From contig JAGIQG010000020.1 of NCBI GenBank assembly GCA_024679065.1, forward strand, positions 20,336,001 to 20,400,000: 64,000 nucleotides of DNA, written 5' to 3'. Source of the DNA: Sphyrna mokarran. Its lineage: Eukaryota. The notes under the pieces were generated by a model. It saw nothing but the letters and a program-made list of their open reading frames with translations. It did not search any database and was not told where the DNA came from. The stretch's first letter is position 1; every line of letters starts with the position of its first letter. Shown here one piece after another: positions 1 to 14,329 of this stretch. Both the position numbers and the translations under genes were made by a program.

Positions 1-2784
1 ACAGGACATTATTATTTGTGCTGCACCCAGTTTGCATTGTCATTTTTGAGTGTGGAAGCTGAGGCTTACTTCAATGCAGGCTAAATATAGTATCTCTTTA
101 AGAGTAGACTACATTTCCAAATAGTTTCAAATCACCAATGTGCTTCATAACCACATCAGGATCCTTCAAATGGAAAATGTGCAAATGACACAATATCAAT
201 AACTACATAATGGTGGCATTTTTGTTATTTTTAAAAATATTGTTTCCGTGAATTCAATGCCGTAACACCTGTTGATTGACAAGGTGGCTTGTGACATTCT
301 TTAAACTAAATTTTAACATGAAAGTGACACTAGTTTCATGTGAAGTACTTTGTAAAGGTAGGACATGCTTGTAAATTTGTTTGCACTAGCAGCCCACGGC
401 AAATTAGGCAACAGTGATCATCATTGCATCAGAAAATACGGACATGAGCCCACATGATATTGGTCTCCATCCTCAGGAAACCAGCGAGTTGCAAACTACC
501 TGCTAAGTCTCCACTAGTAGCTCGCTAATGAAGAGTATTTCAATGCCTCAACAAAGCTGCCCTCAGATAGATCATGGGAGAATGGTGGACACTGCCAGGA
601 GAATGGAACTGATTGGGAGATGGAGGGATCAATGATCAGTAGTGAGGAGGACACTGGTTAGAACAGGGAAGGCAGGCATCCATCAAGAGAGACTAAGCAT
701 AATAATGCAACCAGGAGGATTATGTCTCCTCCAACTCTTGATTCAACTTTTAAGTGACTTTTTTAAACCTTACCTTCTTCATGGAGACAGCGGTCACTTA
801 GAAGAACATTGGTTAGATCGTATGTGGATAATATTTTCATGGATACAGCTGACCTGGTACAGCTGCTTTCAGTTTTGAGCCTCAAGAGAGCAAGAAACCC
901 GTTGCTTAAGTGTACAATTGGCTTATAACCTTTTCTTTCAGGCACAGAAGGTGACCCCTCTTTTTATGCCTTTACCAATATGGCAGGTCACACATATCAG
1001 GTACTTAATTGCTTAGGTGTCCATTTTTGTGTCGGAAAAATGAATGTGGCACTTTACTATCCAAAATTAGATTTATTATCTAAACAGTTATTCCACTTGT
1101 GCCCTATTTACAAAAACAGCAAATATTATACAAAGCATTTCAGGCTAACCATTTCTAATTAACACAGTGCTCTCTCAGTTTGGAAGTTCAAAATGTGGCA
1201 TTGATGTGACAAGCCAAGAATATTTTCACCTTGTCATAAATGGTACTGCAGTCTGAATAAAAGAATCAAATGGTACACGATCAGGAAGAGCAAAGCTCAC
1301 ATTGTTGGGAAACAGTGTGAGAGCTGTCTGAATGGTGCATTGGATTGAGGATAGCAAACCCAAATCTCAATCTCATTCCCAGCTGTGCTGATGGGTCCTG
1401 TAGCAAGTGGGTGAAAGGACCAACCGCCAGTAAGGAGGAGAAATCAGCAGTCAATGTTACCTTTGGCTGTACCTCTTTGCTCGTGCCCTGGTTCAAGATA
1501 TTATTAGAGCTGGTATAGATGTCCTGATTACCAGATCATTCCTTCATATGTGGTATGTAACTCATGCATGAAAATATTTTACAAAGGTACATGAGTATAA
1601 ATAGCAATTCTGTTTACCGTAGAATTTTGGGAAGGTTTTGACATTCTTGTGGATTTTGGGAGGCACTCCAACATGTCAATATTCATAGGACAGTGTTCAG
1701 CCACATCATCAGTGCCTTTCTCAAGATGTAAAATTAAAGCAGTTCAAACTGAATGAACCCGAAGACCTTTCCTGCAGTTTTTAACATTTACACCACCTCG
1801 ATCCAGAATGTACCATCAAAATGCCAGTGAGTTTAGTGACAATCACTGTGTGTAACTGATCAGCAGCTTGTCGCAAGAGAAATCCCATGAATTGCAAATT
1901 GTCACAAATTACTGGGCAATTTGCACTGTTTGATTTGCAAAGGCAGTAGTTTGTCCTCCAATTCCTGTCTGTTTCAGGAAATTGTTGCATTTGCAAATTT
2001 CTTGTCTAATTAAAGCCACCATAGACTACCAAGGTTAGTAATTAACAGCATAAGTACCTTTCTTAGTGAGGAAGTGTGTCTCCTGTAATCCCAATCACCC
2101 TCTCTTGCACAGAAAGGGGGTAATTTAAATCATGGATACTCATGTCTGCAAGTACTGCATTGTTAATAGAGCATTGAAAATTGTGGAAACTTACTTAATT
2201 TTTTTTCTCATTTTTCCTTTCTCCCTCTCAATCCAATCTTTCTATCCCTCTCTCTGGGAATGAGTTTTATATTCTTGATCTCTGGGAACAGGGATTTTCC
2301 AGTACTGCAAAAGTTTCTCCACAGGACAACATACATGTGAAGCCATTGACAGATTCCTCACCTGAGCTTCAGCCTGACTAATGGATTTGCATTGAGGGGG
2401 TCACAGGAACAGGTAAGTACAACTCCCAAACCGAGCAGTCTGATCTTGGGGTGCACTGCAGAGTCAGATTGTACGGGAGGGTCTGATTTTGGTGGAAGAG
2501 GATATTAGAGATTGAAGGACAGAGGAGGTCAGGGTTGAGTGTTCAGGCCGAAAAGATCAAAGATGAAGAGGTTCTTAGGTGTGTGTGTTGGGAGTGGGAG
2601 TCGGTGGCTTTGGGGGAGACGTCAGAATAGGAGATCAGAAGGTTATGGAGCAGTGTCCAATCATAGGAAATTGGTGAGGTGGATGCAATGGATCCAAAAG
2701 GCAAGTGGAAAAGCACTCATCCAACAGTGTTCACCTGCTTTCAGCTGGCAACATCCTCAAGGTGCAGGGAATATGATTTTCTTT

Positions 2785-3115
2785 TATTTATTCTTTCACG
2801 GGATGTGGGCATCACTGGCAAAGCCATTGAACTGAGCACAGTTAAGAGTTAACCACTTTGGTGTGGGTCTGAAATCACACGGAAGGCCAGGCTGGATAAA
2901 TGTAGCAGATTTCCTTCATGAACCAGATGGGTCTTTATGACAATCAGTGAAGTTGTCATAGTCACTATTGCTGAGACCAGCTTGAATGTCCCGATTTATT
3001 AATTGAATTTACATTTTAGCAGCTGCCAAAGATGAGATTTGAATCCATGTCCCCGGAGTATTCAGCTGGGCCTCTGGATTACTAGTCCAGTGACAATTGC
3101 CACTACCTCATCATT
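2785..3115 (-). mobile_element. tRNA-derived SINE (shark family A), decayed
   Basis: B-box-like gagatttgaatcc and ctggattactagtccagtgac head on the - strand. The body (atgtgggcatcactggc, cagatttccttc, gaaccagatgggt) is shared with 9395-9750. Confidence 0.75.
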
Positions 3116-5519
3116 TCTCTGAATGATACAGAGAGCTTCATTAAAACATTTAAATTGCCAACCTGTCTCCTTGGGGAGGAGCGGGGGGAGGGGGAGGATT
3201 GTTGCTCAGCACCAAAAATAGGTGGAGTGGAGGCAAATTGGAGTTAGGAGTCATTTTCTATTCCTTTCAACCTCCCACTCAATCCAAATTTGTTCATTTT
3301 GAGGTTAAAACTCCCTTCTTTATTTCTCATTCTATACCTAACTTGGCTCTAACTCACCTTATTTCATTCTCTGTTGTTCTTCTTTTTCTTTTTCAATCCT
3401 TAAATTTTATTGGTGACAGAGATAGACTGTTGATTCTTTTGTTCACAAAGACCCAAATGCCCAATTCCCCTTGCCAAACAGCTATCAGTGCCAGAAGTTT
3501 ACAAATCATTTTTGCTGAAGGGTGGGGATAAAATGTAATGAATGGGACAAGCAACAAGATGTCTCTCACCAGCAAAATCTGGACCATTGATTGAAGCTGT
3601 GATCTACTTTAAAACATTACTACATATCCTGTAATAGTCAGTGTTACAAAGAAATTATGTACACAAGGCATATTGCACAACAATTAATTGAGTAATGGAA
3701 AGTTGTATCCTACTGATATCTCTCTAGAAAGAAAGCTTGTGTTTCATTTCAAGGTTATCAAGCAATGATTGGTTTGGTTTAGGTGCAGAAGAAAGACTTA
3801 TGAAAGTTTAAAGGTCAGTAATAACGTTAAGGATGTTGCTTTGCCACGCAAGTGTATTTTGAAGGATGCCTTATTGAGACAGTGAAATGAGAATAATCTC
3901 CATCCCTCTGTTTGCAAAATGCTGCTGCATCATAGCATGCCAAAGCAATACCCCGCAGGTACAGAAATTCTGTCAGCAATTAATGTTTCCATTTTAGAAT
4001 TATATGAGATGTTTTGAGAAGAATGGCAGCAAGTGTGTGAAAATTCTGACATTTTCTTGAGGCTGATTAATAATGAATTAGTCAATGTACAGCAAGTTAC
4101 CCTTTGTATTGTTTACCACTGCTCCTGAATATTTCAAAAGCATTTTGTTTCCTTATATAACACAATTTATAACCTGATTGTACCAGTAGGCAGAAGGAAT
4201 AATGTGCAGGATGCAAAGTGTTAAGAGGAGGACAGCTTTTATTCTCAAATACTGTAATTTATCCTACCAATTCCAGAGTTAAACAGTAAAGTGACATTCT
4301 GGGGTCAGGAGGGTTAATTATTTGTTTACATTCAGCTGTACTCCCCATTTACTAAATTGTGTGTTTGATGGTCTTCCACTCAGTAGCACCATGTTATTTT
4401 ATTCTCCTAATTTTGTTTGGTAGGAGGTTGCAGCCCCATTTAAATTGTCAAATATCATAATTTTCTCATTGTATGATAGCCTTTAATTAGAGGGTACTTA
4501 ATTTCCTTTAGCACTACTTCCCTTGTTTACAAACAGCTCACTGTAAGGTTAGAAAGAGAGTTCTATTACCGTACAACCTTTACTTGGAAGACAGTTGTGA
4601 AAAGCACCATTTCTAATACTATTCAGGGAAAAAGTAGCACAAGATTCAGAGTATTGGAAAAAACAAATCTATGTCGCAGTTTTAATTAAAGTGTTTCTTT
4701 ATTGCGTTTCAGGGAATAACATTCATTGAGTTGCTAAATGGTGAACAACATGTCTATGTGCAATTAACTTCTGGGGAAATTCAGATTTTTTTAATGTGCT
4801 TTTGATTTAAGTAAACAAAATCTGATATAAAATTGCTAAATTTCTTTCTTTTTTTAAAGAAATAGTAAGTTAAACATCTGCCTACTACTTCAAGAATTAA
4901 AATAATTTTAAAAGATGTTATTTTGTTTGAAACCACGAAACAATGTTTTCTTTCCTCCACTAATTAATGACTTTGCCTGCTGGCTATTAGTTTTCACTGA
5001 GAAAAAACAAAATTGTAAAATGCAATCCCTAAATCATAGGGAAAAGGTTCCAAAAGCCAATTGAAGTAAAAGAACTGGACTTATTCCATCATCGTAAGCC
5101 AGCACTTCTAATGATAATATCAGGCTCTTTTGTATAATATAGGCAAAACCGCCAGTTTTCTCTACAGAATCACAAACCGTCAATACAATCCACCGAATCC
5201 TACGCAATAAAAATGGAATTTAAGTTATTCAACCACCATAACCCATCTGACCTCCAAATGACCCATTCATAAAGTTACATTGTCCAAACTTGCCTGTTTC
5301 GAAGCAATATATTATGACATGTGTATAGGTGGGTTGATCATTATGGGGAGAAAAGGCATTTTTACACTTTCCATTAAAAGAGAAATTTACCTCAAAAGAT
5401 GTTTCACAACAAGCTGGAATTTTATACCTTTTGTAATTTGACTTTTAGAAGTGCAGGAAGTGGTGCAAATATATCTGTCTGAAAATTGCCATGAGGATGC
5501 TTTACTAATCAACAAAATA

Positions 5520-6160
5520 ACTAAGGGGATACACGGAAGTCATTCTGCCGCTAATAGAAAATTTGTTAAATTGTAAGAGGACATTCGGCTGTCTGATTAG
5601 CACTGGTTGTGAACTCCATTTCTATTCTATTAAAGGCAAGTAATTGCCTTATTGTATGTATGCATTGCAAACCCAATTGTTTTATTTAAAGGGAAACCAT
5701 GGGGTCATTCGCTGCATATTAAAACAGATTTCATAATTAAAATTATTGCTTCACAAATGAGATAAAATTTTATGCCATTGAGCTTATTGTTGTTGAAGGC
5801 ATGCAATGCATCCAAATTGCTGTTTCAAATCAAAAGTGTCCATCTCACCAACCTCCACTCAGAACCTCTATTTGCTTTTTTTTCCTTTCCCTGAAAGCAG
5901 GCAACAATCAATTATTTCATCAATATATAATTCCATCAATCTGTCAATCTTTTCAACACCCCTGTCAATAAGTCAATCACAAAGTGTTGACAAATTAGAA
6001 AAATAAAATTAAATATTTATGGCTCATTGAGGTCTGAGGTTTTTTTTCAAACCATGCCAACGCAATTACAATTTTCTGGAGAGGCGACGTTAACAAACAG
6101 GTTAATTCAGCAGCTCATGCTGCACTTTCTCGAGAACGATCACTAATGGTCGAAGTCATA
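5520..6160. promoter_or_regulatory. Candidate distal enhancer / conserved non-coding element
   Basis: Repeat-free AT-rich block with CTGTCA (MEIS) at 5941 and 5962, GTCAATCA (PBX-MEIS) at 5972, TTTATGG at ~6017 and several TAAT cores. Conservation was not tested. Confidence 0.45.
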
Positions 6161-6824
6161 TCGCCCAAAGGACAAAGTAGTACTGTTAATATGCCGTAAA
6201 TGTTAATGGAGACTTTAAACAACCATTAAACTCTTAAATTGATCATAAGAAACGCTTTAAACTGTATGAAGTCAATTAATCTTTTCTGGACCTTGAAAGA
6301 ATACATATAGTGCAAACAGTACGATTCAATGTACTCATAATAGGCTTTTCCCAGTAATTAGACTTTTTATTCCTCTTATGTGCATAATCTAATGATAGAT
6401 CTTAAGTTTGATACATTTATCAGGAACACATCCAAAACTGGAGTGGTGATAAACATCAGACATATACTGATTCTTCAATAGAAATATTTTATTGTGTATA
6501 CTATAATCTCTAACCACCGTTTTAAAGAGTTTAAGAGCTTAAAAATACAATCTGCAAACTGAAGAACCCAACCAGTCTAGTTATTGTCACAACAGATATA
6601 GTTGAGATCAAAAAAGAGAAAAGGACTTGCATTAATATCACGCTGTGCATGACCACCTGATATCTCAAAATGCTTCACAATCAATTAAATAGTTTTGAAG
6701 TGTGGTCATGAACTTTTATAACTGGTATATTTTATAACTGGGCCTCGCGTTAAGTAAATGAAAACTGTGAAAAAATATAAAGCCAGCAACTTAACACAGA
6801 CAAACATATGGCAGAGCGAAAAAT

Positions 6825-7400
6825 ATGTATTTATATAGTGCCTTTAAAATGATCAAGACGCTTCACAAGATGGGAAAGGGAAATGTCAAATGCCAAGCGG
6901 TAATTAGGAGAAGAGTTAGGGGAGATTAAAGAAGACAAGTTTTCAAAAAAATGGGTTTTGAGGAGGTTTTTGAAGGTTGTGACAAATGAAGCAAGTATGT
7001 TGAAAGAGAAATCTAGAGTATTGCACCTTTCTGACTGGATGCTGTGACAGTGAAGGTGGGAGAGAATGATTGGGAAAGGCACAGAAGACTCATATGTATG
7101 GATGTAAGGATACAGAACGTGACAAAAGATATGGTGGAGGAAGAATACAGAGGGATGTGTAAATGAGGAAATGAATCTTGAAATGGGTTCTTTGGAGAAT
7201 GGGGAGTCAATAAGGCCAGGAAAAAAGGAATATGCGGAAGAGGAGCTTAAATGAGATAGAATGCGAATTTCAAAGTTCAGAATGAGTTGGGGGTTTGACT
7301 AGACTGGAACTCAGAAGGCCAGTAAGGGAATTATTGAAGACATTGAACCTTGAGACAATGAAGAGATGAAACAAAATTTTCACACTGGCTAGTTAGGGAT
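6825..7400 (-). mobile_element. L2-type LINE 3' fragment
   Basis: - strand ORF reads FKNLLKTHFF (L2 ORF2 C-terminal FK.LLKTHLF motif), with tail tttatatagtgccttt and a purine-rich body. Confidence 0.6.
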
Positions 7401-8364
7401 GAAAGCAGATACATGCAGAACATTACTCCGTGAATGTAACAAGTGCAAATTCCAACTGTCATTGACTCAACTATAATTTGCAACTTGTTGTCAATAGTGA
7501 AGAGTGCTAATCATGAAATTGTCTAGTTAAGTCAAGAATACCGCAATCTTCCACTATTCATTGGACTGTAACCCATCACAAATCACTATCTTCAGGAAAT
7601 AAGAATTAAGGAGAGAAAATGATTGGGATTGTTGGAAGGAAAATATGCGTCAAGGCTTCATAAGAAAATGTGAGGTACAAATCATCCTGACGGTCTTGCC
7701 TTCCAACAGTTTTTCTCTCCTCTCTTGAAAACATTGCCATTTGCCAGATTATAATTCTGTGGACTCCGTCTACTCTCTGTGAGCCCAGACATCAATTGTC
7801 AGCAAGCTTTTGATTGCAGCTGTCAAAGAAGAGGTGAAAACAATCAAAGTCTGTCCATGTCCTAACCTAATGTTTTCACTCTTGTACTTCCAACACTGAT
7901 GCCAATTATATTGTCTCACTGGTATCCCATCTGAGATTAACCCATTCCAAAAGAATGGGAAACAAAATCCAGGATGTTCCTAATCTGTAACACTGCTTAA
8001 TTATCTGGGCCAGTGTGGAAACTGGAATATTCTTCGAGTTCTACTGGAAGCTTCTCATTAAACTGGAAACATATTTGGGCTGCATCAGCCCCTTGCAGTG
8101 CCACTGGAGTTGACACCTTATAGCTGCTCTATTTCCCATGAATGAGCTGACGAGACCTTGTAAAGCAAGGTTAGCTCATTTAAATCTTTTTCTGATGCTC
8201 CCAGCACACAGTATGTGATGCAGTTGGAGCAGTAGCAGTCAGTGAATAGTTTTTGATTACCTAAATTTTTTGGTGTGTGTTTTTTTCCATTCTGAAAGAG
8301 GGACTTATTTCACATCGTGTTGATCAAGGCCAAAAATAAGCTATTTCAAAAATGGTCTTTTCAG

Positions 8365-8500
8365 TCACCAGAATTAGGCTATTGAGCCACTCAAGCCTGC
8401 TCCAGCAATCAATTTTATCATGGGTGATCTGTACCTTAATTCCATCTATCTGCCTTTGTTCCACATCCCTTAACACCCTTACCTAACAAAAATTCCAGTC
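8365..8500 (-). mobile_element. CR1 LINE 3' tail fragment
   Basis: ctcaagcctgctccagcaatcaat..atcatgggtgatct is shared with the 18950 and 20900 copies. Confidence 0.6.
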
Positions 8501-9391
8501 TTGTTACGTGGTCAGTCCCCAATCTGAAGATGTCTGATGAGGCAAGTAACTTTGCATAAAGAACATTGAATACGTTAAGATTATGGTGATTCTCAAGCCT
8601 ACAACTGTGATAATGCAGGGAGCCTGCATACAATAGATTTCAACGCATCGAGCACCAGCTTGCCCAAAGTCAACCCACTGTCTAATGCACTGCAAAGGTA
8701 AGCACATTACTTATTTCATAATAAATAATGAATACGGGAGTCCCCTGGAATCAACCACAGATTATCAGCTTGCAGTAATGATATTTTAGATCTGTCATGA
8801 GCATCGTGATATTATCGAGGACAGGTAGCTCCTGACTAAAACAGTTGAAACTTTTGAAAATATCCTATATATCCATGTTTTCAAGCTAGCAAATCCATGT
8901 GAATGAGTTCAGTATTCTGATCAAGGAGTCAAAGGTATTCAATGATGCCACCTGAACTCTTCATCCTGTAGCCCTCTAATTCACTTCCAGCTATCCATTA
9001 TTCTCTATTTTGTTTCTTTGTTGTGAGTTATCACTGTGCCATGAAACTATCAGTCACAATCATGGTGGGAAGTGGCATTAACCATCATGTATCCTGATCA
9101 TATATATAATGTGCCATCTGTACTGTTCCAGTTTACTGTTTAGTTTTATGGCTCAAACCTGACAACTCAAAGATGACTTTGTGCAAAATGCATGAATTAG
9201 AGAACCTTCTTTGTAATATTTTGAAACCCATGTTAGCAAACATGTTATCGTGAGAGATGGAATGCAAATGATGTGTGACATAATTCCCTTATTAGTGGGG
9301 GAATCACAGTCACATCAGAATTGGGAGTCTATCACTAAGAGTCCAATGTCATGGAGTGTAATTTGAAGTGCTAAAAACAGGAGGTTGAACG

Positions 9392-9750
9392 TTTTTTTTA
9401 TTCATTCGTGGGATATGTGCATCACTGGCTAGCCAGCATTTATTGCTTATTCCTAGTTGTCCAAGGGCAGATGAGATTCAACCACATTGCTGTCACTCTG
9501 GAGTCACATGTAGGCCATGAAGGACAGCAGATTTCTTTCACTAAAGGAAGGGAGTGAATCAGATGGGTTTTTCCAACAAATGACAATGTTTTCATGGCCA
9601 TCAGTAGATTCTTAACTCCAGATATTTTTTATTAAATTCAAATTGCTCCATCTGTCATGGCGGGATTCGAACCTGGATCCCCCAGAACATTAGCTGAGTT
9701 TCTGGATTAATAGTCTAGCGATAATATCATTAGGCATCATCTCTCCCTAA
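9392..9750 (-). mobile_element. tRNA-derived SINE (shark family A)
   Basis: GGGATTCGAACC B-box on the - strand at ~9662, poly-T/ttca tail at 9392, homologous to 2785-3115. Confidence 0.8.
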
Positions 9751-10204
9751 TCACTTCCCCCAAAGTTGCTTTATCCTGGCAAGATTCTATTTAAAATGAC
9801 CAAGATACAACAATGAAAAGCAGTAGAAATTAAAAATAATTGATCATACTAAAGGGTTCTGATAGGAAATGGTACAGTTCAGTAGCATATATACAATACT
9901 GCAAGTTAAATGTAGTACTTTTAAATGAAGTACTTTTTTTGAAAACTAACAACTGGGAAATTAAAGCAATGTATTTAGATAACCATAAAAATGTTTTTTA
10001 TTCGTATTGCAGATTTATTATATTTGTTTGTTCTACAGTCTAATCTATATACATCCCAGAATTCCTTCACTTTTTAATGGTATTGCTAACATTGTCTAGA
10101 CTTTGAAAGGAATGATTGTATGATCATTACTAGCTCTGTTTCTAAATCTCTTTCTGTCAATTCCATCTAATTTATTACATAGCAATGATGCATATGTTTG
10201 ATTC

Positions 10205-10527
10205 AGAATCATAGAATCCCTACAGTGCAGAGGGAGGTCATTCAGTCCATCAAGCCTGTACTAATTCTCTGACAAAACATCCCACTCAGAACCTGTCCCC
10301 ATAACCTTACATATTTACCCTGCTAATCCACCTGACCTACTCATCGTTGGGCATTATGGGGAAATTTAGCATGGTCAATCCATTTGATCTTCAGACTGTG
10401 GCAGGAAGCCAGAGCATCCAGAGGGAACTCACTCGGGAGAACGTGCAAACTCCATGCATATAGTTATCCAGGCCAGAATTGAACCGGGGTCCCTGGTACT
10501 TCAGACAACACTGTGCCATCATGCTGT
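10205..10527 (-). mobile_element. HE1-like V-SINE
   Basis: (agaatcat) tail, gagaacgtgcaaactcc V-domain-like motif, aattgaaccggg B-box and cactgtgcca head. Confidence 0.8.
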
Positions 10528-12104
10528 CACTCAAAGTACAATACTTTTTGAATACTGGATGTCATTTGCTATTTACGTAACTGATTCAGATCCTTACTGC
10601 TGCCGTTTTTTTTGCTTTATCTTTGGCCTAAGTAAAAGAATATAAATGAAATTTTAAATCAGATGAAACATACTGGTAAAATCAGATCCCACTGTATATT
10701 TAACATTTAAATTACTATTTCCTGCTGTTTGGATCTGCTCAGTTAAAGCAAGGGGAACATGGATCAAATATCTTTGGTTTGGTAAGCAAACTGTCTGGCC
10801 ATAACTTGCCTTCTCTAATGTGTACGTGCATCTGTAATGGAATTTCCTATGGAACAGCTAGAAATTTATAATACACTCACAGAATCAGAACCTGTACTTT
10901 TTTTTTAATATCAACCACCTTCCTGTGTCCTCCACATCTCCCACTTAAACTCCACCCAGAAATCGAGTCCACATGAGTTACGTTCAACTCTCTTTCATTG
11001 ATTTCTTGAGTTGTGTATCACTCCTAATTGTGGATTGTGGTAATGATTCCTGAAATGATACCATGAAAATCTACCACAATAAATGAACAGAATGCATGAA
11101 TGGGCAAACATTTCTCCCCATGTAACACTTAACTCAATATCTTAATAAGTAAGGAACTCACTACCGTAATGCCCAGGATATACCATATATATCCTCCCAT
11201 TAAATAAGGTGGCTGATGGGATGAAGTGGGAAGGAGAATTTCCCTGGTGGACAAGATGATTAATTTTTGAGAGGTGGACCAGAGAATTTTCTCTGTCAGG
11301 GAAGGAGAGGTTTTCAAGTAGCATGAGAAGTGTTGATTTCCTGGAGGTAAGAGATTTTTTTCAGTATGAATAGGAAGATAATCTTAATATAACAGGACCA
11401 AAATCTCAGAGAAAGTGGAGGCAGCTATATTAAAGATTGGCAGAACAGTAGCTCGAATATCACACCTAACAGAAGAAGAGGTCATTGAAGGAGATCTCTG
11501 AACAGACAGCAAAGGCAAAACTTAAGAGTTTCATAAGCACGAACAGGACAGGTAAAATGGAGACTCTCAGGAAGTGGGAGTAAAGGTCATGGCAGAAATA
11601 TGGAGTTGTGGGATTGATATTAATCCATGGCAGTGAGTTGGATCACAAGGTTCAAAGAGAACAAAAGGTTTTGTGCATTGTATCCTTCTCAATTTCAAAT
11701 ATCTGAAACAACTGTTAAAACTTTCTGATTTGTTAATTCTTTGAATTTCTTTCAAGGAAAATACAATAAGTTTTGCCACAAAGAGATCCTCTCTTTTGTA
11801 ACTTACCGATTAAAATATTTTTCTGTGTTTGAAAGAGGTTTAGGAAATATGTGTGTGAGAGTGAGGGGAGGGAAAGCTTGTTCATGGGATCAAGAAAACA
11901 CCATGAGGAAGACAAAAGCTAATCAAAGTGCAAATGATGGATACAGATGTAGATGGGGTAAGAACAAAGAGCAACACAGCACAGGAAACAGGCCCTTCGG
12001 CCCAACGAAACTCGAAAGGTACATATGTGTTGGAAAGATATGGAAAGGAATTATTCCACATGGTCATTTCTTAGTATTCATTATAATCATTATATCAGAT
12101 ATAT

Positions 12105-12454
12105 GGGGTGGCACAGAAGCACAGTGGTTAGCACTACTTCTCACAGATCTAGGGTTCAATACCAGCCTTGGGTGACTGTCTATGTGGATTTTTCATGTTC
12201 TCCTCTTGTCTGCATAGGTTTTGTCTGGGTGCTCTGGTTTCCTCACACAGTGCAAAGATGTGCAGGTTATGTGATTGGCCATGCTAAATTGTCCATTAGT
12301 TTCCCAAGATATGTAGGTTAGATGGATTAACCATTGGAAATGTGTGGGGTTACGGGGATAGAGCACGAGGGGATAGGATGCACTGTCAGAAAGTCAGTTG
12401 AGGCTCAATGGGCCAAACGGCTTCTCCTGCAATGCAAGGATTCTATGATTCTAT
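12105..12454 (+). mobile_element. HE1-like V-SINE, near full length
   Basis: ggtggcac..cagtggttagcact A-box, gggttcaat B-box, gggtgctctggtttcctc..aaagatgtgcaggtta..gattggccatgctaaattg body and gattctatgattctat tail. Confidence 0.85.
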
Positions 12455-12712
12455 ATCTATTTCATTAATATATTGTTGTACCTAAGTTTTGCAAATGAAG
12501 GCAGCACAATCAAAATCTAAACTAAGAGGCACTTTAGTTAGAATGGAAAAGAGGAAGATAAATATCCCATGATTTATTCTGTTGAAGAAAATGTTTGTGC
12601 ACAACATTTTGAGATCTCCTGTTGCCATTTCCTGGTGCTGAGTGCTGCTTTCATTAATTAATTCATTCATTCATTCATGTATATTCTGCTCAAAGACAGG
12701 CCCTTGGCTCAC

Positions 12713-12847
12713 TGGCCGAATTGTCTGGCCTTTCACACCCTGCCACCACTGACAGAGAGGACAGAGAATTTGGCACTCAGCCAAGGCTCCATTCACTGCA
12801 ATGGAATAGGAGAACCCTACTGGCATGAATGGCTGGAGAATCTCATC
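12713..12847. mobile_element. MITE (degenerate TIRs), same family as 13609-13709 in the opposite orientation
   Basis: Internal aatttggcactcagccaa..attcactgca is the reverse complement of tgcagtgaat..ttggctgagtgccaaatt in the 13609 copy. Ends GGCCGAATT / GGAGAATCTCATC. Confidence 0.6.
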
Positions 12848-13134
12848 GTTTGTTGATGCATCATTCTAAGCCATTTTCCTGCCAGATTTTGTCTCTGATG
12901 GTTTGCTTTTGCCATCCAGGGCAGAGCAAGGAAGTAGGTCCCAATCTACTTCAGCTGCATTGGGAATCAAATCTGCATTGTTGATGTAATTTTGTACCAG
13001 TCACTGGCCATCTGGTTCATTGAGCTAGCCAACAGAGCATTATGTACCAGAGTGGAAATAGGCAAGCGTAGTTACCAAGCATATGAAGAGCAAAGAAGCC
13101 ACACTATGCAATTAAAGGCACAATGAGTTTAAGT

Positions 13135-13570
13135 TTGCAGAATAACAGATTTGTTAAGGCACAGTAGAAGTCCATTTGGCCGATTGTGTCTACAGGCTGC
13201 CTGAATCAGCAACTCATTTAGTACCAATCCTTCACTTCTCCCTGTAACCCTGCACATTCTTCCTTTTCAGATAACAGCCTAATTCCCTTTTGAATATTTC
13301 ACTTGAACCTGCCTCTCATGCAGGAAATTCCAAACCATAGTCACTCACCACATAAAGAAACTTCTCTTCATTTCACTTTTGCTTCGTTTGCTAATTAGTG
13401 TAAAGCTGCGCCTTCTTGTTCTCAACCCTTTCACAAGTATCTATTCTGTCTTCAGATTTTTAGTATCTCCATTAAACTGCCTCTCAACATCCTTTCCTTG
13501 AAGGAAAATGGTCCTGATTTCCCCAATCTATCTTCATAACTGAAGGTCCTCATTCCTGGAATCATTTTCA
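13135..13570 (-). mobile_element. CR1 LINE 3' fragment, decayed
   Basis: Tail ggcacagtagaagtccatttggcc and RT-end remnant attccaaaccatagtcactc..aaagaaacttctc, similar to the other CR1 copies. Confidence 0.6.
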
Positions 13571-13608
13571 TGTTCAGTAGTCAGATGACTGGTGGAATGA
13601 ATAACTAT

Positions 13609-13709
13609 GGTTGGAATTCACCAGTCCCAGTGCAGTGAATAGCAATTTGGCTGAGTGCCAAATTTTCTACTCATGCTGGCAAAGCAAAAAAGGTCAGAGA
13701 ATTCAGACC
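13609..13709. mobile_element. MITE with 13-bp imperfect TIRs and TAT TSD
   Basis: tat|GGTTGGAATTCAC ... GAGAATTCAGACC|tat (10/13 inverted match). Confidence 0.65.
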
Positions 13710-13819
13710 TATCACTCTGAAATAATGTAATAATTGACAGCCAATACAACTTCAGAAGGAATAAATCTTGCTTTCCTAATTTTAATGACCTTTCAAGAAG
13801 TTACATTGTCCTCCTTTCC

Positions 13820-14050
13820 TAGAATTGGAGAATCCCTAAAGCGTAGTAGGAGGACTTTTGGTGCATTGAGCCTGCATCAACAACAATCACACCCAGACCC
13901 TATCCCCAGAGCCCCACGTATTTATGCTAAGGGGCAATTTAACATGGCCAATAAACCTAACCTGCACATTTTTGGATCTTGGGAGGAAACCAAAGAATCT
14001 GGAGGAAACCCATGCAGATATGAAAAGAACATGCAAGTCACCCAAGGCCC
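13820..14050 (-). mobile_element. HE1-like V-SINE, partial
   Basis: ggggcaatttaacatggccaat..cctaacctgcacatttttgga..gggaggaaacc..ggaggaaacccatgcaga is the reverse complement of the 12105 copy body. Confidence 0.8.
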
Positions 14051-14329
14051 TAATCATAATGCTAATCAATGTGCCAGCGAGACACCCAGTGAATAGTTTC
14101 AACTATTAACTGCAGGTTTGAACTTGATTTTAAAAGTTATCAGACTCCATAGATGTGGTAACAGATTTAAGTTCTGATTTGGTGGCTTTTTTTAGATTTT
14201 CTCAGGCTGAAAGTTTGAAAAGGATTGTATTTGGTATGTTACCTCATTGATAGATAAGTTATAAATCACAACACCAAGGTCTAATAGTATCATGATATAA
14301 ATTAATGGGAACAAGGATTTGAATTTTAT

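Noticed and set aside
12105-12175. tRNA gene
   Set aside because: The A/B boxes belong to a SINE head. There is no cloverleaf, and the sequence continues into the SINE body.
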